Position numbers and translations under genes: made by a program. Source: an uncultured Acidobacteriota bacterium (GTDB taxonomy: Bacteria > Acidobacteriota > UBA6911 > RPQK01). Taken from it: a stretch of DNA of 64,000 nucleotides. The notes under the pieces were generated by a model. The model worked only from the letters and a program-made list of their open reading frames with translations. It was not told the origin of the DNA and searched no databases. Location of the stretch: NCBI GenBank assembly GCA_963744645.1, contig CAVUUN010000014.1:450110-514109 (forward strand), read 5' to 3'. Shown here in pieces: positions 11,263 through 20,666 of this stretch (position 1 is its first letter; the number at the start of each line of letters is the position of its first letter).

Positions 11263-11679
11263 ATGAAAATCACGGCCAAGGTCGAGTATGCAGTTCTCGC
11301 CATTTTCGAACTGGCGCTAAGTCCGGGGGATCGCCAGGTGCAGGCGAGGGAGATCGCCGAGAGGCAGAGAATCCCGCTGCGTTTCCTTGAACAGATTCTC
11401 ATTCAGTTGAAAAAGGCCGGCCTGGTGAAGAGTGTGCGGGGTGCGTCGGGCGGATACCTGTTGGCGCGGGGACCGGCCTTGATCAGGCTCAAGGATGTGA
11501 TGGAAGCGGTCGAGGGAGAACTGACCTTGGTCGATCGCTCCGTGGCACCCGGCTCAATCGTTTCAAAGGTGTTCTCTGAAGTTGAGTCGGAATTGCTCGA
11601 TCGCCTGCAATCGGTTTCAATTCAGGACCTGGTTGTCAGACAGCAGCGCGACGACGGGATAGTCTCCTACCAGATCTAG
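11263..11679 (+). CDS. Rrf2-family transcriptional regulator
   Basis: Winged-helix N-terminus (AVLAIFELA...REIAERQRIPLRFLEQILIQLKKAGLVKSVRG) typical of BadM/Rrf2. No Cys ligands. Confidence 0.7.
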   Translation: MKITAKVEYAVLAIFELALSPGDRQVQAREIAERQRIPLRFLEQILIQLKKAGLVKSVRGASGGYLLARGPALIRLKDVMEAVEGELTLVDRSVAPGSIVSKVFSEVESELLDRLQSVSIQDLVVRQQRDDGIVSYQI

Positions 11680-12530
11680 TCAGGAAGTGCGTAAGCGGCT
11701 TTCATGTCTTTGATAGCCACGGCCGTGCGGGCACACACCCGGCAAAACGCGTTGAAATCGAGGCCGAGGCGGGTGTAACAACCCGGGTCCATTTCGAAAT
11801 TCAGGCCCTCGCTTCCCAGTCCGACTCCGATTGTCTTGGCAACGAGGTTCGCCAGCGCCACCGCATCCACGCTCGCAGTGGGGTCGGGTAGCGGCACCTT
11901 GTGATGGCGGGCAATAGCCTCGACCAGGAAGTCTGGAAAACCCCACAGCTCGGCCATCGCCGCACTGACATCGGAGTGATCGTAGCCCAGCAGGCGACGT
12001 TCGGCCTCCGCGAAGGTGACGTTGTCCGTCTGGGCCAGTTGCGAGAGTTCTTTCCCCGAGATCTGCAGAACCCGAACCATCGCAACCTTGCCCACATCAT
12101 GCAGGAGAGCGGCGAGAGTGGCGGACCGGGAGATGTCCTTGCGCGGATTCTCACGAATTGTTTCGATCACGGCCATGGACGCGACTGAACCATGCAGCCA
12201 GAAATCGAGAGCGCTCAGTCCGAAAGGCTCCGCACTCCAGCCGGTGCGCAGGAGATAGTCGGTCAGCAGAGCGTCAATCACGGCACTCAGTCCGAAGCGG
12301 GGAGCGGCGTCGCTCAGTCGCTCGATGGGATACCGCCCGGAGTAGAAGGGCGAGTTGAAAATGCGCAGCAATCGAGCGGAAAGAGCCTCATCGGGCTCGA
12401 TCAGCGCCGAAATCTCGCCTCGCAACTGCTCGTCATCGGCATGCCCTAATTCTCGAAGCAGGCGAGTGACGGCGGCAGGCAGTGGCGCGAATTGTTGGAG
12501 ACTGTCACGGAGTTGGGCAGGAATGGCCAT
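11676..12530 (-). CDS. HDOD-domain signalling protein
   Basis: HD-related output domain pattern (...LLHDVGK...HH...). 284 aa. Confidence 0.65.
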   Translation of the reverse strand: MAIPAQLRDSLQQFAPLPAAVTRLLRELGHADDEQLRGEISALIEPDEALSARLLRIFNSPFYSGRYPIERLSDAAPRFGLSAVIDALLTDYLLRTGWSAEPFGLSALDFWLHGSVASMAVIETIRENPRKDISRSATLAALLHDVGKVAMVRVLQISGKELSQLAQTDNVTFAEAERRLLGYDHSDVSAAMAELWGFPDFLVEAIARHHKVPLPDPTASVDAVALANLVAKTIGVGLGSEGLNFEMDPGCYTRLGLDFNAFCRVCARTAVAIKDMKAAYALPD

Positions 12531-12573
12531 TACATGAACCCCCCGGGGTCCGAAACGACGCCGGAAGGATAAG

Positions 12574-14097
12574 TTGCATTCGCCTCCGCTGTCAACCGAT
12601 TATAATTCGCCGATGATCTCAAGCCGTATGCGGTTTCGAACGGGACAAAAGGCCGGCCTCATCCTCGCCATTGTCCTATGGTCCGCTTCCCTGGCGGCCC
12701 AGCCGGCCAATCTTCGGGGCCGACTCGATGCGCTGCTTGGCGACCCCGCCCTTGGTGCTTCAGTCTGGGGCGCCAAAGTCGTCTCGCTTCCCGGCGGAGA
12801 GATCCTGTACGAGAGAAATGCCCGGTTGCTTCTTGTCCCCGCGTCCAACCTGAAGCTTGTAACCGCCATCGCCGCTATCCGGAGACTGGGTCTCGATTAT
12901 CGATTCACGACGCGGATCGAGACCGATGGCGAGATCAGGGGCGGCGTCCTGCAGGGAAACCTCATCATCAGGGGATCCGGGGACCCCACGCTCGGAGCGC
13001 GGCCTTCGAGTCCGGATCTCGAACACATGGAAGCGGGGAATCCCTGGGAGGCTTTTGACTCCTGGGCGCAGCAACTGAAGGCGCTCGGCATTCATACAAT
13101 CCGGGGCGACCTCGTTGGCGACGACAGCCTACTGGCTCCTGCCGAGCCGAGCCCCGGCTGGGCCTGGGACGATCTGGCCTGGGGATACGCCTCCCCTGCC
13201 GGCGGGCTCCTCTTCAACGAAAACCTGGTTCTTCTTCATGTTGTGACAGGAGAACCGGGATCCGTTCCCCGGTTGGAGATCGTCCCTGATCTTCCCTTTC
13301 TCCAGGTCGTCTCAAACGTCAAGACTGCCCGCGACGGAGAATTGCCTGAAATCCAACTGACACGCGAGGTCGGGGAGAACGTCACGACGGTTAACGGGTC
13401 TGTCCGTCCTTACGCGGACCAGTGGAGGTCGGTGAGTGCCGGCGACCCGACGAGGTACTTCATGTCGGCGCTGCGTCGGGCGATAAACCGGGCGGGAATT
13501 GAGTTGGAGGGGACGGCCCGATTCGCAGGGGACAGAGAACAGGCACCGGCGCGGCTCTTGTTCAGGCACGATTCTCGGGACCTTCGCTACGTCCTTCGTG
13601 TCCTGCTTAAGACAAGTCACAACCTGTACGCCGAGGTACTCGCAAGGATCATCTCGCCGGATCCCAGACGCAAGAGCCTCGAGTCGGGAATCGGGCAGAT
13701 CGAAGAAATGCTGACGGAAGCGGGGCTTGAGGATGATGCTTACTTCATCGTCGATGGATCCGGCCTGTCTCGCTATAACCTCCTGTCCGCGGATGCACTC
13801 ACCGGTCTATTGCGCTACGCGGTCGAGAAGGGCTACGGCCGGGATCTTCGGGACTGCCTGCCGGTCGCGGGAGTGGACGGGAGTCTGAAAGAGCGGCTGC
13901 AGGGCACCGCAGCGGCGGGGAGGGTCTTCGCAAAGACCGGGAGCCTCAAGCACGTGAGAGCCTTGTCCGGCTATGTCGAGGCAAAGGACGGCCGGCTCGT
14001 CGCCTTCTCGATCATCGCCAACAACGTCAGGGCAGACAAACTCAAAGCCGAAACCGTGCAAGATCGTTTCGTGGAGATTCTGAGTTCTGAGTTCTAA
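12574..14097 (+). CDS. dacB: D-alanyl-D-alanine carboxypeptidase/endopeptidase (PBP4, peptidase S13)
   Basis: SxxK (ASNLK), SxN (SHN) and KTG (KTGSL) motifs with a signal peptide. The last 6 codons lie in the heptamer array. Confidence 0.8.
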   Translation: MHSPPLSTDYNSPMISSRMRFRTGQKAGLILAIVLWSASLAAQPANLRGRLDALLGDPALGASVWGAKVVSLPGGEILYERNARLLLVPASNLKLVTAIAAIRRLGLDYRFTTRIETDGEIRGGVLQGNLIIRGSGDPTLGARPSSPDLEHMEAGNPWEAFDSWAQQLKALGIHTIRGDLVGDDSLLAPAEPSPGWAWDDLAWGYASPAGGLLFNENLVLLHVVTGEPGSVPRLEIVPDLPFLQVVSNVKTARDGELPEIQLTREVGENVTTVNGSVRPYADQWRSVSAGDPTRYFMSALRRAINRAGIELEGTARFAGDREQAPARLLFRHDSRDLRYVLRVLLKTSHNLYAEVLARIISPDPRRKSLESGIGQIEEMLTEAGLEDDAYFIVDGSGLSRYNLLSADALTGLLRYAVEKGYGRDLRDCLPVAGVDGSLKERLQGTAAAGRVFAKTGSLKHVRALSGYVEAKDGRLVAFSIIANNVRADKLKAETVQDRFVEILSSEF

Positions 14098-14187
14098 GTT
14101 CTAAGTTCTGAGTTCTGAGTTATCAAACGGGGGCCACCGAACGGTCAACCCCGAACTCCGAACTCCGAACTCAGAACTCAGAACTCC
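14078..14187. terminator. inverted heptamer arrays (TCTGAGT x6 / CMGAACT x5) forming a long hairpin that fills the convergent dacB-rarA gap
   Basis: ttctgagttctgagttctaagttctaagttctgagttctgagtt ... ccgaactccgaactccgaactcagaactcagaactcc. The arms are reverse complements and the element abuts both stop codons. Confidence 0.6.
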
Positions 14188-14190
14188 CGC

Positions 14191-15561
14191 TCACTCTTCT
14201 CCCGGGGCCTTGTCTTTCGCGCTTTTCAGCTTTTCGATCTGGGCGAGGCGCTCTCGAACCCGCTGCTCGAATCCCTGCTCGGAAGGGTGGTAATACCTTC
14301 GCCCGGCCAGATTTTGCGGAAGACAGTCCATCCGGGCAACGCGGTCTTTCTCGTCGTGGGCGTACCGATAACCCTTGGAGTAGCCCAGTTCCTTCATGAG
14401 CTTGGTCGGGGCGTTGCGAAGGTGAAGCGGAACCGGATCGTTGCGGGTTGTCTTGACATCCTCCTGCACACGGCCGTAGGCCACGTAGAGCGCGTTTGAT
14501 TTGGGCGCCTGGGCGAGGTAGACGGCCAGTTGGGCCAGGGCAAGGTTGCCCTCCGGCTGGCCGATAAATTCGACGGCCCGCATCGCGGAAATGGCGTGCG
14601 TCAATGCGGCCGGCTCCGCAAGCCCCACATCTTCCGAAGCGAAGCGGACCATGCGACGAGCGATGTAGAGCGGGTCTTCGCCGGCTTCGAGCATTCGTAC
14701 CAGCCAGTAAAGCGAGGCGTTCACATCACTGTTGCGCAACGATTTGTGGAGGGCCGAGATCAGATTGTAGTGCTCTTCGCCGCCCTTGTCGTAGAGGAGC
14801 ATCCTCCTTTGCACCGCTTCGTCGACCATCTCGGCGGTAATAACGTGGGTCGGGTCATCTTTCTTCAGGGCAAGCTGCGAAGCGACTTCGAGGGCGTTCA
14901 GGGCTATCCGGGCGTCGCCGTTTGCGAAGGCGGCAATGCGCCGCAGCACCTCGTCCTCGGCTGACAATGCCATGGACCCCAAGCCCGCTTCCGGTTCAGC
15001 GAGCGCCCGCCTGAGGATCTCAACGAGATGATCCTCCTCCAACGGCTTCAGGACCAGGACACGGCTCCGTGAAAGGAGCGGCGAGATGACCTCGAACGAA
15101 GGGTTTTCGGTGGTTGCTCCGATCAAGACGACGGCGCCGCTCTCGACATGGGGCAGAAAGGCGTCCTGCTGAGCCTTGTTGAAGCGGTGAATCTCGTCGA
15201 CAAAGAGGATGGTGCGCCGGCCGAAGGCACGCCGCTGGTAATCGGCCTCTTCGACTATCTGCTTGACGTCCTTGACGCCGGCCAGAACCGCACTGATCGC
15301 CGCGAAGTGGGACTGGGTCTCGTTCGCGATGATCCGGGCGAGCGTGGTTTTGCCCACCCCCGGCGGGCCCCAGAAGATCATGGATGAGAGTTGATCGGAC
15401 TTGATCATCTCACGCAGGATCTTGCCTTCGCCCAGGAGGTGGTCCTGTCCAAGCACGTCTTCGATCTTGCGCGGGCGCATCCGCTCGGCCAGGGGCGCGT
15501 CCTTCCTGACGGGCTCTTGCTCGTTGTCGGGTGGTAGCGAGGAAAACAGATCTGGACTCAT
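14191..15561 (-). CDS. rarA: replication-associated recombination protein A (AAA+ ATPase)
   Basis: Walker [10 protein letters not shown] and full-length RarA/MgsA similarity. Confidence 0.9.
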   Translation of the reverse strand: MSPDLFSSLPPDNEQEPVRKDAPLAERMRPRKIEDVLGQDHLLGEGKILREMIKSDQLSSMIFWGPPGVGKTTLARIIANETQSHFAAISAVLAGVKDVKQIVEEADYQRRAFGRRTILFVDEIHRFNKAQQDAFLPHVESGAVVLIGATTENPSFEVISPLLSRSRVLVLKPLEEDHLVEILRRALAEPEAGLGSMALSAEDEVLRRIAAFANGDARIALNALEVASQLALKKDDPTHVITAEMVDEAVQRRMLLYDKGGEEHYNLISALHKSLRNSDVNASLYWLVRMLEAGEDPLYIARRMVRFASEDVGLAEPAALTHAISAMRAVEFIGQPEGNLALAQLAVYLAQAPKSNALYVAYGRVQEDVKTTRNDPVPLHLRNAPTKLMKELGYSKGYRYAHDEKDRVARMDCLPQNLAGRRYYHPSEQGFEQRVRERLAQIEKLKSAKDKAPGEE

Positions 15562-16349
15562 GTAAACATCTTTTGCCGGAATATTTCGTACATGATGATT
15601 GAGCCGGCTACAGAAGCGTTCAGACTCTCCGTCTCTTTTCGCATCGGGATGACGATGCGATCGTCGGCGAGCGAATCGACCTCCGGCGTCAGCCCCGCCC
15701 CCTCGTTCCCGATCACTATCGCGTTCGGAGGCACGGGAACCGCGCGGTAAAGATCCACGCCCCCCTCGGTTGAGGTCGCAGTGACGCGGTAACCGCGGTC
15801 CTTCAATTCCAACAGCTCGATGCCCTCAAGGAAAGGCACTGCAAACAGGGACGAAGCGGAAGCGCGCACCACCTTCGCATTGAAACAGGAGACTGTACCC
15901 GGGCTGCAGACCAGGCTGAACATCCCGGTTGCCGCGGCCGTTCGGAACAAAGTCCCCAGGTTTCCGGGATCTTGCAGCTGGTCGAGGTAGATGACCCACC
16001 CGCCGATCTGATCCCAATGCCGGCCTGGTTTGGGGAAAAACGCGACAACCGCCTGCGGCGATTTCACGTTGGAAATCGACTCGAGCAGCCTGGGCGGGAG
16101 GCGAACGGCGTCGACCGCGCGATCGCGCAACTCGGCAATCCGCCGATTCTCGGTATCCGAGTACAGGAGCAATTGGATTTCGTGCTTGATCGCCAGTTCG
16201 CGGATCTGTTTCAAGCCTTCGACGGGCACCCATGGGCAAGCCTCGTCCTCCGGGTGCTTGGAGTAGTTCAACCACAACTTGAAGCGCGGGTTCTGACGGC
16301 TCTCAATGCTGTCAAATGCAGCAGCCACAATGAAATGGTATTCTACCAC
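15558..16349 (-). CDS. SpoU/TrmH-family RNA 2'-O-methyltransferase
   Basis: C-terminal SPOUT motifs (IVIGNEGAGL ... IPM...ESLNASVAGSIIMYE). Confidence 0.7.
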   Translation of the reverse strand: MVEYHFIVAAAFDSIESRQNPRFKLWLNYSKHPEDEACPWVPVEGLKQIRELAIKHEIQLLLYSDTENRRIAELRDRAVDAVRLPPRLLESISNVKSPQAVVAFFPKPGRHWDQIGGWVIYLDQLQDPGNLGTLFRTAAATGMFSLVCSPGTVSCFNAKVVRASASSLFAVPFLEGIELLELKDRGYRVTATSTEGGVDLYRAVPVPPNAIVIGNEGAGLTPEVDSLADDRIVIPMRKETESLNASVAGSIIMYEIFRQKMFT

Positions 16350-16367
16350 GTGGTCGTCACCGAGCCT

Positions 16368-17000
16368 ATGGCCACACGTGCCGTTGATCCTGAACAGCCC
16401 GACTCCGGAATGATTCGGGACGCCGTCCGGGCGGTCAGGGAAGGTAAAGTGCTGCTGTATCCAACGGACACGATTTATGGACTGGGCTGTGATCCTTTCC
16501 TTCCGAGTGCCCTCGGAAGAATCTTCGAACTGAAGGAGCGCCCGGTCGAAAAGGGGGTCCTGCTCCTGGTCGGATCACCGGCTGAAGCGGTGTCCCTGGC
16601 CGCGCGCCTGCCCTCAACTTTCGCGCGATTGTCGGCCCGCTTCTGGCCGGGACCGGTGACGTTTCTGCTCCCGGCGGCTCCGGGAGTTTCCGAACTGGTC
16701 GTCGGTGAGCGGGGCCTCGTCGGCGTCCGGTGTCCCTCTCATGTGTTCCTCAACCGTTTGCTGGATGAGCTCGCCCGCCCTCTCGTCTCCACGAGTGCGA
16801 ACATTTCCGGGGAACCGCAGCCACCGTCAATAGCGGATTTGCGGCGCCTGTTTGAAGGAAAGGTCGACCTGTTCCTGGACGCCGGTGAGCTGCCCACGCG
16901 CCTGCCCTCCAGCGTAGTCGATTTGAGCGTCGATCCACCCCGGCTGGTGCGGCGGGGCGCACTGGCGGCCGAAATCGAACAGGTGCTGAAAGACCGCTGA
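16368..17000 (+). CDS. tsaC: L-threonylcarbamoyladenylate synthase (YrdC/Sua5 family)
   Basis: YrdC fold motifs (LLYPTDTIYGLGCDP, STSANISGEP). ATG at 16368 follows the end of the upstream minus-strand gene. Confidence 0.8.
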   Translation: MATRAVDPEQPDSGMIRDAVRAVREGKVLLYPTDTIYGLGCDPFLPSALGRIFELKERPVEKGVLLLVGSPAEAVSLAARLPSTFARLSARFWPGPVTFLLPAAPGVSELVVGERGLVGVRCPSHVFLNRLLDELARPLVSTSANISGEPQPPSIADLRRLFEGKVDLFLDAGELPTRLPSSVVDLSVDPPRLVRRGALAAEIEQVLKDR

Positions 17001-17056
17001 CCAGCTGGCCGACGTCTTCCCTTGGCGGCGAAGCGTCGCTGAACACACACATGTCA

Positions 17057-17213
17057 GTGAGCGAGCTCAAGGGGCGGGAAAGGTATGTAGTCCCGCCTCA
17101 GGCGGCGTAACCGTAAGCGAGATCATGGCGGTCCGGGCGCGCTCGCATCGTCGAGCTTGCCGACCCGTTCGGCCGGCTCAAGCCGGGACTACATACCTCT
17201 CTCGGGGCTCGAG
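17057..17213. repeat. family-D repeat: ~32-bp core (CTCAAGGGGCGGGAAAGGTATGTAGTCCCGCC) present as an inverted pair
   Basis: The 17066-17097 core pairs with the reverse complement at 17182-17213. A solo copy lies at 31720-31770. Confidence 0.7.
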
Positions 17214-17264
17214 TGCAGTCATCTGGCGCGTTTCTTGGAGGCCAACCGGTTCGCGGGACTCCCG

Positions 17265-17299
17265 TCAGTTGTCAGTTGTCAGTCGTCAGTCGTCAGCGC
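17265..17299. repeat. heptamer tandem array GTCAGTY x5 overlapping the 3' end of the XdhC-like gene
   Basis: gtcagtt gtcagtt gtcagtc gtcagtc gtcagcg read directly. Confidence 0.8.
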
Positions 17300-18149
17300 T
17301 TTTAGCCTTCGCAATCTGTTCCATGACGAACTGCTGTTTCTCGCTTCGCTTGTGGACGCCTTTCCGGATCGCGATCATCTCGGCAACCACTGCCACCGCA
17401 ATTTCTTCCGGTGTTTCGGAACCGATTTCGATCCCGATCGGTGCGTACAGATTCTTGAACAGATCGGGCGTCCATCCTTTGTCGAGCAGGCTTTGAACGG
17501 TCATCACGATTTTCCGGCGGCTGCCCACCATCCCGACATAGCGGGCACCCGTGTGAACCGCCAGGCCGAGGGCGATCTGATCCCAGCGATGGCCGCGAGT
17601 GACCATCAGAAGGAAGCTCTCAGAGTTGATTCGCAGTTCATCCAGTGGGGCGTCAAATGCCCGGCAGACGACGTCGACCTTAGGTGAGAAGCGAGCCGGA
17701 TTCGCAAAGGACTCCCGATCGTCGATCACGCTGACGTCGAAGCCGACAGTCAGGGCCAGATCGGCTATGGCAACGCCGAGATGTCCCGCGCCGAAAACGA
17801 CGAGTCGCGGGTCCGGAAGGACAGGTTCCACGAAGACCTCCAAGATTCCGCCGCAGATGAAGCCTTCCTTTTCGGCGTCTTCGTTAGTCAGCTCATACTT
17901 GAGCAGGCTCGACAATCCGGTGGTGATCGCTTCCTGCCCTTTGCGGCAGACGTCGGCTTCAACGCCGCCACCGCCAACCGTGCCGATGATCGTACCGTCG
18001 GCAAAGACCAGCATCTTGGCGGTGTCTTTTCGCGGAGTGCTCCCCGACTGACTGACCACGGTGGCCAGGGCTACTCGCCGCCCTTCTCTCCGCGCCCTGA
18101 GGATCTCCTCGTAGATGTCCGGTCGCTGTTTCCGTCCCGCTTGATGCAT
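17286..18149 (-). CDS. XdhC/CoxI-family (molybdo-dehydrogenase accessory) protein
   Basis: Two-domain XdhC-like architecture with a Rossmann-like GAGHLG segment. Confidence 0.6.
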   Translation of the reverse strand: MHQAGRKQRPDIYEEILRARREGRRVALATVVSQSGSTPRKDTAKMLVFADGTIIGTVGGGGVEADVCRKGQEAITTGLSSLLKYELTNEDAEKEGFICGGILEVFVEPVLPDPRLVVFGAGHLGVAIADLALTVGFDVSVIDDRESFANPARFSPKVDVVCRAFDAPLDELRINSESFLLMVTRGHRWDQIALGLAVHTGARYVGMVGSRRKIVMTVQSLLDKGWTPDLFKNLYAPIGIEIGSETPEEIAVAVVAEMIAIRKGVHKRSEKQQFVMEQIAKAKSADD

Positions 18150-18155
18150 CAGCTG

Positions 18156-19583
18156 TCAGACTCTCTCTTTGGCTGCCGCTTGGGCTACCTTACGGCGGTT
18201 TAGATGACTCTTTCGGAAACCGTACGCGACATAGATTATCAACCCGGCGGCCATCCAGACGAAAAGTCGCCACCAGGTCACGGCGGGAAGGCTGTACATC
18301 AGATAGAAGCACGCAAACATGCCCAGGATGGGGACGACCGGGAATAGCGGCGCCTTGAACGGCCGCGCAATATCGGGTCGCGTGTAGCGCAGCACCAAGA
18401 CGCCGCCGCAGACAATGGCGAAGGCCAGCAGTGTTCCGATGCTGACCAGGTGGCCGAGCTCATGGATCGGCGCCAGCCCGGCGACGATGGCCACGGAAAC
18501 ACCGGTGACGGCCGTGGTGATGTATGGGGTCCTGAAGCGCGGATGCACTCTGCTGGCGATCTCCGGCAAGAGACCATCCTTGGACATGCTGTAGAACACG
18601 CGAGGCTGGCCGAGCAGCATGACCAGGATAACCGAGGTGATACCGGCGATGGCGCCGAGCGAAATGAAGACCGAAAGCCAGGGCATGTCGAGCGCCCGGA
18701 TGGCAAGCGCAATCGGGGCGGGAACGCCAAGCTGCGGGTAGTAGACGACACCAGTGAGCACGGCCGCGACAGCGAGGTAGAGGACCGTGCAAACGACCAG
18801 CGAGGTGAGAATGCCGATCGGCATATCCCTCTGTGGATTGCGTGCCTCCTGGGCGGTGGTGCTCACCGCATCGAAGCCGATATAGGCGAAGAAGATGACG
18901 CCCGCTCCGGTGACCATCCCCGACACGCCGAAAGGCATGAAGGGGTGCCAGTTAACAGCTTTGACATAGGGAGCCGCTACGGCGAGGAACAGCAGGACGA
19001 CCCCTACTTTGATGATCACGATCGTCGCGTTTACGTTCGCCGATTCCTTGATTCCGATGATCAGGATGACGGTCAGGAAGAGACAGATGGCGGTTGCCGG
19101 GATGTTGAAGACCCCGGCCGGCTCGCTCCAGGGCGAGGCAGACCATCTCGCGGGGATGTCGACTCCCAGGCTTCGGAATATCTCCACGAAGTACCCGGAC
19201 CATCCCACGGCGACGGTTGAGGCGGCGAGCGAGTATTCGAGGATCAGGTCCCAGCCGATGATCCAGGCGAAGAGCTCTCCCATGGTGGCGTAGGCGTAGG
19301 TGTATGCCGATCCGGACACCGGGATCATCGAGGCGAATTCGCTGTAGCACAGGCCGGCAAACACGCAGGCCGCGCCGGCCAGTACGAAGGACAGGATGAT
19401 CGACGGCCCCGCGTGCTCCGCAGCCGCCGTTCCCGTGATGACGAAAATGCCGGCGCCGATGATCGCCCCAATGCCGAGCGTCGTGAGCTGAACCGGTCCC
19501 AGCGTCCGCTTCAAGGTCACGCCCGAATCCGCCTCGCTCAGAATCTCCTCGACTGGTTTCGTCTGGAATAGCCGTTTTAACAT
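18156..19583 (-). CDS. APC-family amino acid permease
   Basis: 12-TM profile and an N-terminal amino-acid permease signature ([17 protein letters not shown]). Confidence 0.85.
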   Translation of the reverse strand: MLKRLFQTKPVEEILSEADSGVTLKRTLGPVQLTTLGIGAIIGAGIFVITGTAAAEHAGPSIILSFVLAGAACVFAGLCYSEFASMIPVSGSAYTYAYATMGELFAWIIGWDLILEYSLAASTVAVGWSGYFVEIFRSLGVDIPARWSASPWSEPAGVFNIPATAICLFLTVILIIGIKESANVNATIVIIKVGVVLLFLAVAAPYVKAVNWHPFMPFGVSGMVTGAGVIFFAYIGFDAVSTTAQEARNPQRDMPIGILTSLVVCTVLYLAVAAVLTGVVYYPQLGVPAPIALAIRALDMPWLSVFISLGAIAGITSVILVMLLGQPRVFYSMSKDGLLPEIASRVHPRFRTPYITTAVTGVSVAIVAGLAPIHELGHLVSIGTLLAFAIVCGGVLVLRYTRPDIARPFKAPLFPVVPILGMFACFYLMYSLPAVTWWRLFVWMAAGLIIYVAYGFRKSHLNRRKVAQAAAKERV

Positions 19584-20666
19584 CTATTTGTGACTCTCTT
19601 TCAGGATATAGGTCGGCTTGCCCTGGGACTCGTGGTACGTCCGGATGATCAATTCAGCGACGAGCCCGAACAGGATGAACTGAACACCAACGATGAAGAA
19701 GAAGATGGACAGCAGGAGCAGCGGGTTTCGATGGGCTTTTACCGCCCAAAAGAACTTCTGATACAGGGTTGCCGCCGCCAGCAGGCCGCCTCCGGCGAAA
19801 GACAGGAAGCCCAGACCGCCGAACAGGTACATTGGCTTGGTCGAGAAGCTCCCCAGGAACTTGATCGTGATCAGGTCGAGCAGCACTTTGAAGGTGCGGA
19901 AGATGCCGTACTTGGATCGCCCGAACTTCCTTGGATGGTGACGGACTGGGATCTCCACGACCCGGGCCCCCGCCCAGAAGGCGTAGATCGGGATGAACCG
20001 ATGCATCTCTCCGTAGAGGCGGATGTGCTTGACGACATCCTTCCGGTAACCTTTCAAAGTACAGCCGTAGTCGTGAAGCCGAACCCCGCTGATGCGGCTG
20101 ATCACCCAGTTGGCTATGTGCGAGGGGAAGACGCGGGTCAGCCACGGATCTTGCCGATCCTTGCGCCAGCAACTCACCACATCGTACCCTTGCGCGATGG
20201 CCTCGAGTATCCGGGGAATGTCATCCGGATCGTTCTGCAGGTCGGCATCAAGCGGAATGATGACTTCGCCGCGTGCGTGGCTGAAGCCGGCCGACATTGC
20301 CGCCGTTTGTCCGAAGTTACGCACGAACTCGAGAACGGAGACAGTGTTGTCAGACCGCTCCAGATCGCGCAGGATCCGGGTGCTCCCGTCAATGCTTCCG
20401 TCATCCACGAAAAGGATCTCGTACGGTCGCTGGAGCTGATCCAAAGCACTCTTCAGTCGCGCATACAGTGGCTGCAGATTCTCCCGCTCGTTGAACACCG
20501 GGACGACGATCGATACGTCAGGTTCGATCACGTTTGTTTGTTGGTTGGTTGGTGATGAGGTAGATGGAACGGATCCAGGGGTAACGCTTGTTTCGATTTC
20601 CGCCACGTTTGAAACCTTCAAGGAAAATACGCGCCGTAGTATATAACTTCGGTCGCCGATCAACAA
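19584..20666 (-). CDS. GT2 polyprenol-phosphate glycosyltransferase (ArnC/GtrB-like) with C-terminal TM helices
   Basis: IVVPVFNE...DDGSxDGS...DADLQNDP GT2 motifs. The ORF overlaps the upstream GT-C gene by 149 bp. An in-frame GTG at 20531 (NVIEPDVSIVVPVF) would cut the overlap to 14 bp. Confidence 0.8.
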   Translation of the reverse strand: MLIGDRSYILRRVFSLKVSNVAEIETSVTPGSVPSTSSPTNQQTNVIEPDVSIVVPVFNERENLQPLYARLKSALDQLQRPYEILFVDDGSIDGSTRILRDLERSDNTVSVLEFVRNFGQTAAMSAGFSHARGEVIIPLDADLQNDPDDIPRILEAIAQGYDVVSCWRKDRQDPWLTRVFPSHIANWVISRISGVRLHDYGCTLKGYRKDVVKHIRLYGEMHRFIPIYAFWAGARVVEIPVRHHPRKFGRSKYGIFRTFKVLLDLITIKFLGSFSTKPMYLFGGLGFLSFAGGGLLAAATLYQKFFWAVKAHRNPLLLLSIFFFIVGVQFILFGLVAELIIRTYHESQGKPTYILKESHK

